A stretch of 64,000 nt of DNA from Eledone cirrhosa (GCA_964016885.1 OZ024741.1:231322001-231386000); one strand, 5' to 3'. Positions 1-13,619 are shown, numbered from the stretch's first letter. Program-made: numbers and translations. Notes: generated by a model from the sequence alone, not told the origin.

Positions 1-2947
1 ATCAGTTTCTGCCATAAGAACCCTGTTGATTTCTGGTATGGCAACAATAGTTGGATCTGGCCGAGGTAGTCCATAGTTGGTATGAATGTCCAAGCCATCA
101 TGTTGAAGTCTTTGTTGGATCTTCGGTTGAACGATCTGCACGGTTTGCATGGGCATGACTTGCTCACGACGTTCATGCATGATATCCTCTGCAAGACAAT
201 TCTTCCATATCTCCCAGAATTGCAGAGGGTCATTTGGCATGCAGTACAATAAAATGGTGCAGAAGATCTCTCGCAGCTGAGGACCAAGTGTAATGGATGA
301 GGCCTCTTCCATAGCTTTGTCTTTTTCTCCATCTTCATCTAACAGAACAAGTTTCCTGCATGCTTCTTGGAATGTTGGAAATTCAACTCCTTCAATTGTC
401 CTCAATTCTGTGTATGAAGTGGGTCAACATCACAAGGCCTTGTGATGTAGTATCATTCTGAGGAAATATAATTCAGATTGATGTCTACTGAGAGATACTG
501 TTGGAATTCGTCCAAGAGATTCACTCATAAATTGTTGATGACCATCCAGATGTCCCTTTTTTCTTCTTTGCCACTTGTTGTTTGTCCAGATGAAATATTT
601 AGGATTATCAATATACAATATGTTTTGTGACAGTGGATCTCTAATATTCAGTTGAAAATATTCCGTCAACTTAGTCATTAGCTGTCCCCTAGAAACAACA
701 CTTTCTTCCTGCCCTCGCTTATGCACGCCCATTTGTTCCCCAGGTAAATGGCACGGCAAAATTTCAACTGGCGGTTTTCGATGATGTAATGGAAATTTAT
801 AGATTCTCCAGAATGCTTCACTGACTGAGATGTACCGTGCATTGATATAGGTCTGAATCTCATTTTGGGCATGGACATAATTTCCTTGATCATCCTTTAT
901 ATTGAAAGTGAGCTTGTTTGATCGATTCGTGATGTACTTATATAAGTTCTTAACAGCCTTGACACTGTGGACAACCTCACAATAGATGTGGCACTGATAT
1001 CTCAATGAGGGGAAGGGTTGTATAGAACAATCCAACGATTATCAACAGTAAGTTCATGACCTTTTAAGTTTGATTGTGTGACCACCATGCTGTCTATCAC
1101 TTCTTTTATACTCCGGAAAAGAATTTTCGGCAACAAATGTGGTTTGTCTGAATGACTTGGAATAACTTTTTGAGCAATGGCGTTGTTGTCCTAGCCCTTC
1201 CATACATGGGCAAATCATATTAGCTTGTCCACATGGGCCATGAATGCTGCAGGATATGATGTTCTTATGCAGAATTGGATTGGTCTATTTATCAGCAATC
1301 TCACAGTACACTACCTGATCAATGGCATCAGCAGTTTTGCGTTTGTTATATTCAGCCATTATCAGCAGAATATGAGCATAAGTGAGGCCTCGTCTCTGCT
1401 ACTCTATTGTAGCAGAATGAACCACAACTTTTCCTAGGACATTTTCTTTCAGTATGTCATCCATGAGGCTGTCATACTTCATCTTGAAGATCCTTGCACA
1501 AATATCAGGACGGCCTGTAGGTTCTTCACCAGGGTGCAAACTATTTTTTTATTTCATCCCAGTTAGGGTTAATTGTTACCGTGATGAAATAAGATGGCTT
1601 TCCCATCTGTCGAACCGCAGTCATCGAATTCTGAAAGCACTCACTGTAGAAACGAGGTGAACCATAGATTGAAGGAGGAAGACCAATTCTCCGGCATGCA
1701 TTTATTGAATCTCCTTCAGCTACAGCATCATACAAACTCTCATACTTTTCAGATCGTTTCATGGTTTGATCGGTGCGGACCCATTTGAGGCGACAATGTT
1801 CTATTTTTGCCTGGGCATCTACAGCATATTGCTGCATCAGCCGCCTGATCTTCATGTAAATGTTACAGTCATCTTGCCTAACCTGAAACCGATAACAGTA
1901 GAAATCAGTGGGTGTGAGTGTGTGGTTGTTGTCAATCCTTTTCAAACCAACCTGAAACCCATCATTCCCCCAAGGAAACAGCAGCACATAATGCAGAGGA
2001 TCATGAGAACGCTGCAACTGATGAATCCTCTGAAGACCACCATCTCTTTTATGAATGATGACTTCCAAAATACCTAATGCTGTATCAAGTTGAATAACAG
2101 CGATCGAAGATGCCATGGGAAGATTATATGTGCAACAAATAAAATCAGTGGGTTTTACTTTGTCAGCATATAGGACAATATTCACATTTTCAGAGACTGG
2201 CATTTCAATGACTGACTTGAAGCTTCTTATATAGGTGTTGCAGTAGTGCAAGTCTTCTTGCAGGTCCTGCAGGACAGCAGGATCTAAATTAGCATGATGC
2301 AAGCGATTCTGAAGCTCATGATCTGTATCATAGAAGTAAAGCTGCGCAAACTCGGGTGAAGCATCACTTGGAAGTAGTGATCCAATAATATGACAAATCT
2401 TGCCTTGGATCTTAAATGTGGGACTATATCCTGGTGCTTTAATCTCTTTACAACCAATTGAAGCTAAGGCAAGCACATTGTTATATGCCTGTATCTTATG
2501 GAAAATAGAATTTCCTGCTTCAGTGATATCGAAATATTTCAGTATATGGTGGATGAGGAGGAAGTTGAGGGAGTTTCACTTTTCGCTGGAAGCAGCACAG
2601 AGATTTGGGTTCATGCGTCCAGCGATAAGATTTGCAGTGCGGACAAACAGTGGCAAAGAGACCCCCTGCGTTATGTTGTGGCATTATGGAAAGAAGATTT
2701 TGCTCTTGGAAAGGTTCATCTGTAGGATTCTTTGCCAGACCTTCAATTGACATGTTCCTTCCTCTCTGAACGTTTGGTGTATTTATTGGAAGTTGTTATT
2801 GGTGTGTTAACTGAATTACATTTGTAGAAATTTGTTGGGATGTTGTAGAGCGATTATTGTTTGATTGATTTGCCCTCTTCTAGTTTGTCGTTGTGCGTCT
2901 GCTGCCATACGTTGGGATTTAGATGAGAAATGTTTTCTGCGTCCCAT
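1..2947 (-). mobile_element. Helitron Rep/helicase gene, N-terminal and Rep part, degenerate; runs off the left edge
   Basis: Frameshifted minus-strand ORFs include a Zn-finger (CPHC...CC..KVKLP, 2520-2753) and a Helitron_like_N region (GSPRFY...GKPSYFITVT.NPNW.EI, 1541-2476). Rep motif 2 reads IE*QRRGLTYAHILL (~1370-1420, with a stop) and motif 3 reads LYKYIT (430-1035). PTSYTELRTIEG..TFQEAC lies at ~350-425. Likely start ATG at 2947 (MGRRKHFSS). Confidence 0.9.
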
Positions 2948-3027
2948 ATTCACTCTCTGTCATGTATGTATAAATATATGTTATCTCTACGGTGAAATCT
3001 TAGAAATAAATATGAGTTAAAACAAAA

Positions 3028-3154
<127 letters not shown>

Positions 3155-3289
3155 TTTGAGTATATATTGGTTGTATACAAAAACCTCAATATGCAGATTG
3201 GAGCACTTGACGAAGTGCGCAGGTTGGTTTGGTTACTCCGGAGTAATGTAAAATAAAATAAATAAGTCAAATGTTTAAAATTTGGCTTC

Positions 3290-5340
3290 GTTTATTACTG
3301 CTATATATATTTCGCTGACAGCCATCTTTGGCTGTGACCTCTTCAGGCAGTCCGAATTAGTGTAGTAGAGACGAGTACACATGTTGTTGAGGTGTTTCAT
3401 TTTGTCAATACTCTGAAATGCCCAGTTACTGGTTGGGCTGTTGTTTCATTGAGGAACTGGAATCATATGAATTTAAAGAAACGAATTTCAGCGTCAAAGG
3501 ACATCTCCTCTCATTTGTCAGTTGTGAGAACATTCCTCAGTCAAAATACTATAGAAACTCATTCAGAAGCAAGGTAATCTGTGGTGGTTTTTCTTGTTAT
3601 TGCTAAGTACATCCGACATCTACTCTTATGTTGGTAGTGGTGTTGATGTTAGAGTCAGCTCATAAAATGATAAAGTGGTAGAAGGAATAAGGTGGTAGAG
3701 GAACCAAATAAAATAATCAAATAAAATAATCAAATAAAATAATCAAATCTCAATGTTATAAGAATGTGTAAGCTCACTCCTCCCATTGGTCAGTTTTGAG
3801 AGCATTCCTCAGTCAAAAGTCTATAGAAATTATTTCTGTGGTGAGCTTCCCTGTAGTGTTTGATTTTGCTATTGTTAAGTACATCTGACCTCTACCCTTA
3901 ATTTGATAGTGTTGTTGGTGTTGTGGTCAGCCTATGTATTGCTGCTGCTGAGATTAAGAAGTATCTGTGTTTGTTTTTCTTCATCCATCCTGCCACCATC
4001 TCTGGTTGTGGTGGTGGTGGGGGGGGGGGGGGGTTGTCTGCCATGTATATGAAGAAATAGAAGGCAATAAAATGAAGAAAAGAGAAAAATAAATAATAAA
4101 TAGAAAATAAATGAAAAATTAATTAATAAAAAATGAACAATGAGACATGAAAAATGAAAATGGAAATTGAAAAATGAAAAATGAAGAATGAAAATGAAAA
4201 GTGGAAAATAGAAGTGAAGATTCAAATAAAATAAAATGTGTTTGTGCTATAACCAATCTAAAGGTCAGAAAGATGTTGGATAAAGTGATAGGAGGATAAA
4301 GATGGTAAATGAATAAAACGAAATAAGATAATTAAATAAAAGGTGTGTGTGTTATAACCATTCTCAACTTAAATATAAGGCAATAAGGTGAAGAAAAGAA
4401 AACAAATGAAAAATCAATGAAAAATCTAGTAAAATAAAATGTGTGTGTGTTATAAAGATGTTGGCCAAATTAGAAAGGCTGTGTCAGAATCAATCTCTAG
4501 GATATCATGGTGTCTGCTCAGCCTGGGTGTTTCCATATGGCTTGAGGGGAGATCGCAACCTATGGTGTTGTTACTGCCCATATAGCTTGAGGGAGGTCTG
4601 GCCGAGAGGTGTTTACATGTTCTGGAGAAGTCCCTATAGGTTGAGGGAGGTTCAACATCTCAGTGTGTTGCTACTGTCCATATAGCTTGAGGAATGTCCC
4701 GGCCCTGAGGTGTCTGCATGTCCCGAAGAAGTCGGTTCTGAGGTTTATCAGGCTGCTTCCACCTCTTAGTGTCTCGAGTGTCTCGTTCAGACATAGTTTG
4801 CATATGCCAGATCCCCCTTTATCGGGTGGTACCTTCCTGATTATAGACCAGGCCAGAGAGTATGGGGTCCTGTCCAACTTCAGCTTCCAGATCAGGTCGG
4901 AAAGAGCCGTACTTTTCCTTTTGGCCTCCTTGTTGAAGGAATGGCGATGGTTATACCAACGGTCTTTAAAGCTCGTTGATGTGGATCCTATGTAGAGGTG
5001 TTCGGAGTTGGGGTTTTTAACCCTACATCCGAATATTAGGTTCTTCTTAAGGCATTCATTGCTAAGGGGGCATGTTTCGGGGTTTCTGCAGTTGCAGAGG
5101 AGGGTCGACCTCTCCGTGACTAGTGTGGGGTTCCCGATACGTCTTGCATGGTGGGGGGTCCGCGGGTCTGTTAGAGTTTCTTGGGTGGGCACATGGTTCT
5201 GATGTGTGCTTATATTGCCATTTTCTGGTTGTGTGTGTTTTTTAAGCCTACTCCTGTTAATGCTAGCTATGTGTTGGGCCAGATTTCTCGTGGTGGAATA
5301 CGAGAGCTTCACAACAGTGGTAGCAGCAAAACGTGTATCA
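3290..5340 (-). mobile_element. 5'-truncated Penelope-like element (GIY-YIG end, 3' UTR, terminal HHR)
   Basis: ORF 4671-5312 reads CNCR...CPL..EC...YIGST...FKDRWYNH...CKLCLNE...CRH, a PLE C-terminal GIY-YIG endonuclease. HHR at 3297-3351; (TA)n on both sides; internal duplications at ~3500-3700/3775-3940 and 4520-4700. Confidence 0.85.
3297..3351 (-). ncRNA. Type I hammerhead ribozyme (minimal, palindromic stem III)
   Basis: Minus strand reads ACTGC-CTGAAGA-ggtcacagcca aaga tggctgtcagc-GAAA-tatata-TA-GCAGT: stem I ACTGC/GCAGT, canonical core, stem II ACAGCCA/TGGCTGT. Confidence 0.85.
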
Positions 5341-5341
5341 A

Positions 5342-5384
<43 letters not shown>

Positions 5385-5639
5385 ACAGTCACTCCCCTCT
5401 TTATATACTCACACATACACTCTTTCTTTCTCGCTCTACCAATTTTCTGAAATCAAAGAACAACATACAAACATGTACACACATACACATCAGCGTGTTG
5501 AAAAAAATCAAAATCGCTTCATCTTTCTCTTTCACTCTCTCTCTATGGTATAGACATACCAGAAGTATTGAAATATATGTTCAATCATGTATTACGAATT
5601 GTATCCGATAAATTATGTAATATTCATTCATTATTTATT

Positions 5640-5935
5640 TTTCCATCCTTACGGGGTCGATAAAATAAAGTACCAGTAATACACTGGGGAAATTGATGGC
5701 CTTGTGCCAACAGAAGAAACAATTATTTATTCAAAAGGGTGGTGAATTGGCAGTATTGGTAGAGAGTCAGACATGCTTTCCAGCGTTATTACGTCCCTTT
5801 ACGATCTGAGTTCAAATACCACCGAGGTTAACTTTGCCTTTCATCCTTACCGGGTCGATAAAATAAAGTATCAGTAATGTACTGGGTAGTTTGCTGGCCT
5901 TGTGCCAAAAGTAGAGACAATTATTTATTCAAAGT
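5640..5935 (+). mobile_element. tRNA-derived SINE with Deu/Nin-type core (partial copy plus full copy)
   Basis: A-box-like TGGCAGTATTGG, B-box GAGTTCAAAT, core GCCTTTCATCCTTAC.GGGTCGATAAAATAAAGTA, tail GGCCTTGTGCCAAAAGTAGA.ACAATTATT. Confidence 0.8.
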
Positions 5936-7545
5936 AAAGCAACTTATTTTACAAATGGGATAACAAATGATATTCTGGATGCCGTCCCGCACTCCTTACA
6001 TTATATATGGTATGGTGGGACAAACAAACTTAAAGAACAATTAGAAGAAAACAATCTCTTAACCCTGATTATGTACTGTCGCTACGTTGATGATATAAAC
6101 ATCGTAGTAAAAACACCCCCACTAGTGAACAGTCAGGAATTAGAGAAAAACACCACGGAAAGCATCCAGCAAATAGCTAACTCCATCCACCAGAGTATCA
6201 AAGTTACTATAGAATACTCAAGCAAACAACCCAACCTTCAACCTTCAATTACCTGTACTAGACACAGAGCTCTGATTAGAAACCATTAATAACAAAAAAC
6301 AAATCCTTCATTCCCATTAAGCCAAACCCATGACTTCCAAATGCCTGAACCACCGAAACTCAGCTGTTTCGGATCACACCAAAATCAACATACTGATTGC
6401 GGATATAGTAGGGTCATGAGGAACGTGCGGCGCATGTGCAACCCCAAAAAACTAGAGAGACACATACAACACTTCATCCACCGTATGTGGTTCTCTGGTT
6501 ACAATTAAAGAGAACATCAGAGTATATAGAGGAGCCAGAACCAAATGTGAAAAAATGGTAAATAATGATACAAATGGGGCCTGCCCTTGTATAGGAGGAA
6601 ACATTAGAATAGAATAGAAATAACTAGGAATAAGGTTAATAAATAAACTCATGGTATGATAGCAATAAATACCAGAGTGTAATGTTCATCAATACAACCC
6701 CTAGAGGTGAACAGGCTTACAAATTTAGAAAGGCCCTAGATAAACTTAAACTAAAAACACTTATTAGTAATACATACCCTTTTCAAAGACCTCCCTGTAT
6801 AGATAAGAAATGCATAATCTGTAAACTAAGCCCCCATATTAACTGTAAAACGAGAAACATAATATATAGCATAAGATGTACTGAGGGACAATGTAAAGAT
6901 AATAATATTATGTACATAGGTGAGACAGCTCGTAGCATAGGAGAACGATTAAATGAACACTGGCGAGAACTCCAAGATAGAAAAGAATCATCAATACTCC
7001 ACCAACATGATAACATAGAACATAAGGGCAAATTAAAGAACATAGAAATAAAAATAAAATCTACACACAGAAAAGACACAATGTTTAGACAAATCACAGA
7101 GGCAATAAACATAAATGAACTCCAACCAAAATTAAATAGAAAACATGAATGGAATAGCAACATCACAACTTACAATTAAGGAAAAGATGAAAACACACAC
7201 GGATAGAACAAACAACTAAAAGTAACATGTAAATAAACAAATAAATAAACAAATAAAAACACACACAGACACCCGGATGTAACACATGCGCAAACTAAGC
7301 ACACAACACATACACAATCATCAAGGCGTAGGCCAGAACAAAGGAGAGGCACAAAACAAAGAAAAGAACCCCAAGTCACTGAAGAGGTCACAGAATGTGT
7401 GAGGAAAGAGCTTTGACAGTATATAAACAACCATACGGTTGTGGAACCAACTACCCAAACGGAAATGTATAATAAATTGAAGTTAAAGCAGTGGTGCGTG
7501 TGTTTCTTACTGGCAACATGGCCCTCCCAAAGTATAACAATATAA

Positions 7546-7550
<5 letters not shown>
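5936..7550 (+). mobile_element. 5'-truncated Penelope-like element (RT C-terminus, GIY-YIG, 3' UTR with HHR-like motif)
   Basis: YCRYVDDI RT motif (6071-6289); GIY-YIG ORF 6682-7179 (IIYSIRC...YIGETARSIGERLNEH...EAI.I....PKLN); 3' UTR ending in (TA)n. Confidence 0.88.
7376..7417 (+). ncRNA. Degenerate type I hammerhead motif; second copy at ~8408-8450 has GAAA changed to AAAA
   Basis: GTCA-CTGAAGA-ggtcaca gaatg tgtgag-GAAA-gagc-TT-TGAC; the base of stem II is imperfect. Confidence 0.55.
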
Positions 7551-7632
<82 letters not shown>

Positions 7633-7669
7633 CGTATATAAATATATACATATATATATATATTATATA

Positions 7670-8008
7670 GTTCAAGTCCCGCCGAGGTTAACTTCGCCTT
7701 TCATCCTTTCGGGGTCGATAAAACAGAGTACCAGTAATACACTGAGATAATTGCTGGCCTTCTGCCAAAAGTAGAAACAATTATATATATAGATATATAC
7801 ATATGTATGTATATGTATATTATATATGTGGATTGGCAGTATCAGTAGAGGTTCGGACGCCATGCTTTCCAGCATAGTTACGTCCCTTTACGATCTGAGT
7901 TCAAATCCCGCCGAGATTGACTTTGCCTTTCATCCTTACGGGGTCGATAAAATAAACCACCCGTAATGCAGTGATAATTGCTGGCCTTGTGCCTAAAGTA
8001 GGAACAAT
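7670..8008 (+). mobile_element. Two Deu/Nin-type SINE copies (7670-7785 partial, 7825-8008)
   Basis: Same A/B boxes, core and tail as 5640-5935. Confidence 0.8.
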
Positions 8009-8610
8009 GTGTGTGTGTGTGTTTTCATTTTGTCCTTAATTGTAAGGTCTGCTGTTTCTATTCCATTCATGTTTTCTATTTAATTTGGTTGGAGTTTATT
8101 TATGTTTATTGCCTCTGTAATTTGTCTAAACATTGTGTCTTTTCTGTGTGTATAAATAGAATAAATAGAAAACATGAATGGAATAGCAACACCACAACTT
8201 ACAAATAAGGACAAAATGAAAACACACACACACATAGAACAAACAACCAACCAGAAACATGTAAATAAACAAATGAATAAACAAATATAAACACACACAG
8301 ACACGCGGATATAACACATGCGCAAACTAATCACGCAACACACACAAAAACAAGATGGCGTAGGACAGAACAAAGGAGAGGCATAAAAACAAAGAAAAGA
8401 ATGCCCAGTCCCTGAAGAAGTCACAGAATGTGTGACAAAAGAACTTTAACAATATACGAACAACCGTCCGGTTATGGAACCAACTAACCAACCGGAATTT
8501 TATAAATTCTTAAATTTATAAATTTAATTTATAATAAATTGGAGTGAAACCAACTGGTGCGTGTGTTTCTTATTGGCAACATGAGCCTCCCAAAGCATAA
8601 CAATATCGGT
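8009..8610. mobile_element. Inverted (8009-8155) plus direct (8160-8610) duplicate of the 3' end of the PLE at 5936-7550
   Basis: Matches 7040-7200 in reverse and 7130-7550 forward (RKHEWNSN..TY, 3' UTR). Confidence 0.85.
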
Positions 8611-8679
8611 TTCAACACACGTTTTCAGATAATGAATCTTGCTAAACAAATACAGAAACGAAATATATCTATACATATA

Positions 8680-11600
8680 AGAGAGTATTGAAGTTTGCTT
8701 GAAGCATTGTCGAATAATAAGTAAATATCTTTAAGTCATTTGGAAGCCTCGACAATGCAAATGGGTAAATCTCCGGGTAACAAGATCCGGTGGTGGAGAG
8801 AGAGATGTAAGTGGTTGTACGTTGAGATGCGTAGTGTTTATAGGATGTGTAAGATGTGTAGAAGAATGAAGGGAATAGTATAAAGGATAAAATAAAAATA
8901 AAAATAACAACACAAGAGAGAGTTACCTTAGGAGAGATTTAATAGTCCCTATATATTTCGGATTCACATACATCAACTGGGATTTTTTCCGGGTGGGGGA
9001 AAAGGTTGTCTGTCGGACAGGTGCGAAACGCGTCCTGCGCTGTTTGTTGTTTTGAATATCTGAGGTATTCGGCAGAGCGCGCGTGCGTGTGAAATGGGGT
9101 CGGGCGGGCAGAAGTCAGCGTCCAAATAAAGGAGTGAGGTGGCGCTAGCTGTCAGTCCATTCTCTGCCTGTTTGTTAAATGTTACTGTATGTGTGTGGGC
9201 GTGTGATGTTGCCTCGCTTGAGCGCGTGTGTGTGTGTGCGTGTGTTGTTGCCTTGTTCCTCTGTATTGGCAGTGTAGTATGTTCGTATGGTGGAATGCTA
9301 CTGTGTGTGTGTGCGTGTGTGTGTGTGTAGTTGTCTCGTTTGTGTGTGTGTGTGTGTGCGTGTGTTGTGTGTTGCTGCATCGTTTGTTAACTTAAACCAG
9401 CCATCTCATTTCGCTTCTCTCTGATCTGTTGTTTATTTGCGGTTGCAGGCGTTTGATAAAAAGCGGTTCCTTGATACGTAACGTGCCGACGTTTCTTTCA
9501 GTCGCTAGAATTGTGACAATGGGCCTTCCGTCTTTGTTTCCGCATTTGTCTATGTGTTTCCGGAAAGAGGAGGCCCTGGTTTTAGTGTGTTCCTTGATCC
9601 GGATGTGCAAACGTCGGATTGTGCTACCTATGTAGTATTGGTTGCACCTGTCACATTCTATCTTATACACGACGTATGTGCGTAGGCAACAGTTCGCATG
9701 GCGTATCGGGCAGTCTCTGAGGGAGCATGCGTCAGTAGCTTTCCCGGGTTTCCTGGAGAGGCTTCTTCGCAGGGAGGGGCCGGTATGGGCCAGGTGGATA
9801 TCGAGGCCCTCCCTCCGTATAGCCTCGCGGATAGCGTTGGTGGTATACTCGCCCAGGTGTGGCATTTTAAGGAAGCACTTGCCTTGGGTGCCTCTCTGTC
9901 TCTTGTGTCTGGTGTCTCCTATTCTGTCTGTGATCGAGGTAGGGTACCCGTTCGTCTCCAGCACCTCGAGCAATCGCTTGGTATGACTGACACCACTCGC
10001 GGGATCGCTGCATCTGTTTTGGGATCGTGCGATCTCGTTCGTGATGTATCCTCTTTTGGCACTGTTAGGGAGGGCGGACTTGTAGTGAACAAACAGGTCC
10101 CTGCAGGCTGCCTTTCGGTAGAAGTTGCAGTGGATCCTTCCCTGTTCCGTGATGTTGATTCGGAAGTCGAGGAGGGTAAGTGACCCGTCTTCGTTGGGTG
10201 TTCAACACTGAAGTCAATGTTCTCGTCCGTGTTGTTGAACGTCTCATAGATTCTGTTCGCCATGTCTTGGGAAGATGTGAGGATGAGGATATCGTCCACG
10301 TACCTTGAGAAAAAGGCTACGGCGTTGGGGTGGCAGGCGTTGAGTACCTTGCGTTCGAGGTTGTCCATGTAAGAGATCGCTAGCATACCTGATACTCTTG
10401 ATCCCATGGGCAATCCCGAGGTTTGTTGGTATGTTTGGTCAAGGAATCCGAAGTAGGTGTTGTCGACGACGATGGATAGGAGTTGGTTGATGTCAGTGGT
10501 GGTGAGCCTGAAGCAGTGTAGGTCGGTGGATTGGACGCATTCCATCAGTATATTGACGGCCGGGAGTGCCGGGACCGAGGTGTAGAGAGCGACTACATCA
10601 AGGCTGAAGGCATATCTATTATTCCTTCTGGTGACGGGATCCATTTCATGCAGGCGCATCAACACCTCCTCGGAGCTATTAACGTGTCCCGGCAAGGTGT
10701 CTAAGATGGGTTTGAGTATTCTGGCTAGGAGCCATGAAATGTTGTAGAGTGGTCCCTCCACGCTCGATACGATGGGCCTGATCTTCAGGTGGGGTCCCTG
10801 TTTGTGGGTTTTCACGAGGTGGTAGAAGGCGGGTAGTCTGCTGTTCCTCGTGAGGAGGTTGTATTTCAGCTTCTTTGGGAGCTTCCGCCGGTCGCAGATG
10901 TTGGCCCAGGCGGCGTTGATGTGCTCTTCTATCTGCGCGGGAGTGATTCCCGTGACCTTGGAGTAGAGGTTGTCATCGTGAAGGTGTTGGAGGGCCAGGG
11001 TGTTGTAGGCCTCTCTGCTGATGACGCAGAATTCTTTTCCCTTGTCGGAGGGGAGATAGATGAGGTTCTTCGATTTTAGGTTGGAGAGAGTGGTGAGTTG
11101 AGATTTGGTGAGATTATGTGTTGTGCGTGTGTGTGTGTGTTCGTTAAGTATATCCGAGATGGAGTGTTTTAGCCTGATGAGTTTAGTGTCGAGTTCGTGG
11201 TTGGTGGGTGCTGTGGAGTGGGTTGTAGGGGTCGTAAGTGGGGAACTTGGGGTGGGTTACGTGGGCGCTGTTATTTTCTGTGGCATTGTTGATTGCGGTC
11301 ACCCATTTAAGTTGGTAAGCGGCGCGACAAAAGTTGGCCTCGATGTTGAGTTTGAGTCTGTCGTCGAGACGTTGTGAGACGATGAACTTGGGTCCGAGAT
11401 GTAGGAGTTTCAGCTCGTCGCCCGTGACAGTGCCGGTTAGGTCGGTGACCAGGTGCGTCGCATCGTTGAGGTATGGCTCGGTGTTGCTGGATGCCGCAGT
11501 GGCGGTTGTTAGTTGTTGTTTCCCACGTGGTACTGGTCCGTCTGTTCGTTAGTGTCGATGTTCTCATTGTGGCGTTTCGAGAAGATCCACTCATATTTTC

Positions 11601-12235
11601 GCTTGAGCCGTTTTTTCTGGCATTGGACTCTGGAGTGGTAGCACTGGTCGATTGCTTTAGTGATTTTCGGGAGCAAGTCCCCAGGTGCTATTGGCAGTCG
11701 ATGTGTCCGCTCTGAGAGTGTCCGCTTATGGACGTGTAATTGGCGGTTGAGATGTCTCAGGATTTGTTTAATACACGTGCGATGTATGCGGTTAGTGGTG
11801 TTTTGGAAAGCTGGTGTACGTAGGCTTACTGGCAAGCGGATGTTCCTGATGGTGTTGGGGATGACATCGTTTTTTAGCCAGCGTTTCAGGAAAATAAATT
11901 GACAGCCAGCGTTGGCCCATTTCTCCGACAATCTAAACAGTTCCCTTACGGATGCAAACAATTCCTGGCTCAGGTATAAGGATAAGAGAGTATTGAAGTT
12001 TGCTTGAAGCATTGTGGAATAATAAGTAAATATCTTTAAGTCGTTTGGAAGCCTCGACAATGCAAATGTGTAAATCTCCGGGTAACAAGATCCGGTGGTG
12101 GAGAGAGAGATGTAAGTGGGAGTACGTTGAGATGCGTGGTGTTTATAAGATGTGTAAGATGTGTAGAAGAATGAAGGGAATAGTATAAAGGATAAAATAA
12201 AAATAAAAATAACAACAAAAGAGAGAGTTACCTTG
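8680..12235 (-). mobile_element. Near full-length Penelope-like retroelement with pseudo-LTRs; RT-GIY-YIG ORF frameshifted
   Basis: ORF starts MLQANFNTLL (~12012). RT in 9919-10815 (KTHK...IRPIVS, FSLDVVALYTSVP, QTSGLPMGS, SRYVDDI). GIY-YIG in 9392-9973 (VVYKIECDRC..YYIGST.R.LH.RIKEH). The leader 11985-12235 is repeated directly at 8680-8935. Confidence 0.93.
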
Positions 12236-13300
12236 GGAAGATGCCTCTCCAGGAAACCCGGCAAATCTACTGACGCAAGCTCCCTCAGAGACTGCCCGAT
12301 ACGCCATGCGAACTGTTGCCTAGGCACATACGTCGTGTATAAGATAGAATGTGACAGGTGCAACCAATACTACATAGTAGCACAATCCGACTTTTGCACA
12401 TCCGGATCAAGGAACACACTAAAACCAGGGCCTCGCCTTTCCGGAAACACATAGACAAATGCAGAAACAAAGATGGAAGGCCCATTGTCACAATTCTAGC
12501 GACTGAAAGAAACGTCGGCATGTTACGTATCAAGGAAGCGCTTTTTATAAAACGCCTGCAACCGCAAATAAACAACCGATCAGAGAGAAGAGAAATGAGA
12601 TGGCTGGTTTAAGTTAACAAGCGATGCAGCAACACACAACACACGCACACACACACACAAACGAGACAACTCCAGACACGCACACACACACAGTAGCATT
12701 CCACCATACGAACATACTACACTGCTAATACAGAGGAACAAGGCAACAACACACGCACACACACACACACACTCAAGCGAGGCAACAACACACGCACACA
12801 CACACACACTCAACCGAGGCAACAACACACGCACACACACATACAGTAACATTTAACAAACAGGCAGAGAATGGACTGACAGCTAGCGCCACCCCACTCC
12901 CTAATTCGGCCGCTGATCTCTGCCCGACCGACACCATTTCACGCGCACGCGCGCTCTGTCGAATACCTCAGATATTCAAAACAACAAACAGCGGAGGACG
13001 CGTTTCACTCCTGTCCGGCAGACAACCTTTTCCCCCACCCCGGAAAAAACCCCCAGTTGATGGATGTGAATCCGAAATATATAGGGACTATTAAATCTCT
13101 CCCAAGGTAACTCTCTCTTGTGTTGTTATTTTTATTTTTATTTTATCCTTTATACTATTCCCTTCCTTCTTCTACATCCTATAAACACCACGTATCTCAA
13201 CGTACAACCACTTACATCTCTCTCTCTACCACCGGATCTTGTTACCCGGAGATTTACCCATTTGCATTGTCGAGGCTTCCAAACGACTTAAATATATTTA
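12236..13300 (+). mobile_element. Inverted 5'-truncated second copy of the same PLE (GIY-YIG end, 3' UTR, pLTR)
   Basis: Reverse complement of ~8720-9765; the ORF pieces at 12233-12612 repeat the GIY-YIG C-terminus (...SERREMRWLV). Confidence 0.92.
13051..13087 (+). ncRNA. Hammerhead-like variant in the PLE pLTR; homologues at ~8945-8982 (-), ~28122-28157 (-), ~62382-62419 (-)
   Basis: CCC-CAGTTGA-T-GGAT gtga ATCC-GAAA-tata-TA-GGG; the core deviates from CTGANGA and stem I is only ~3 bp. Confidence 0.4.
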
Positions 13301-13305
13301 CATAT

Positions 13306-13394
<89 letters not shown>

Positions 13395-13552
13395 TTATTC
13401 ATTATTTTTTTAATGTTTTATCTTGACTCTGTATTCCGTTTATCTTTCACCGGAAGTGATTTTTGAATGCATCTCTTCTTTCCATGATATCCGGATTACA
13501 TTGAGTTCTTCTAACGGATTGGACACTATCGTAAACTTTTGGTAGATTTATC

Positions 13553-13588
<36 letters not shown>

Positions 13589-13619
13589 AAAGAATAGAGG
13601 TGTAACACACAAGTTATTA

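Noticed and set aside
9008-9040. GAAACGCGTC on the strand opposite the PLE, resembling an HHR 3' half
   Set aside because: No CTGANGA or stem II lies upstream, and the motif varies among copies (GATACGTGTC at 28.2 kb).
9392-12012. Selenoprotein-type (Naiad-like) PLE with UGA recoding
   Set aside because: The endonuclease is C-terminal and the breaks I could trace are frameshifts; I saw no in-frame TGA at Cys positions and no SECIS.
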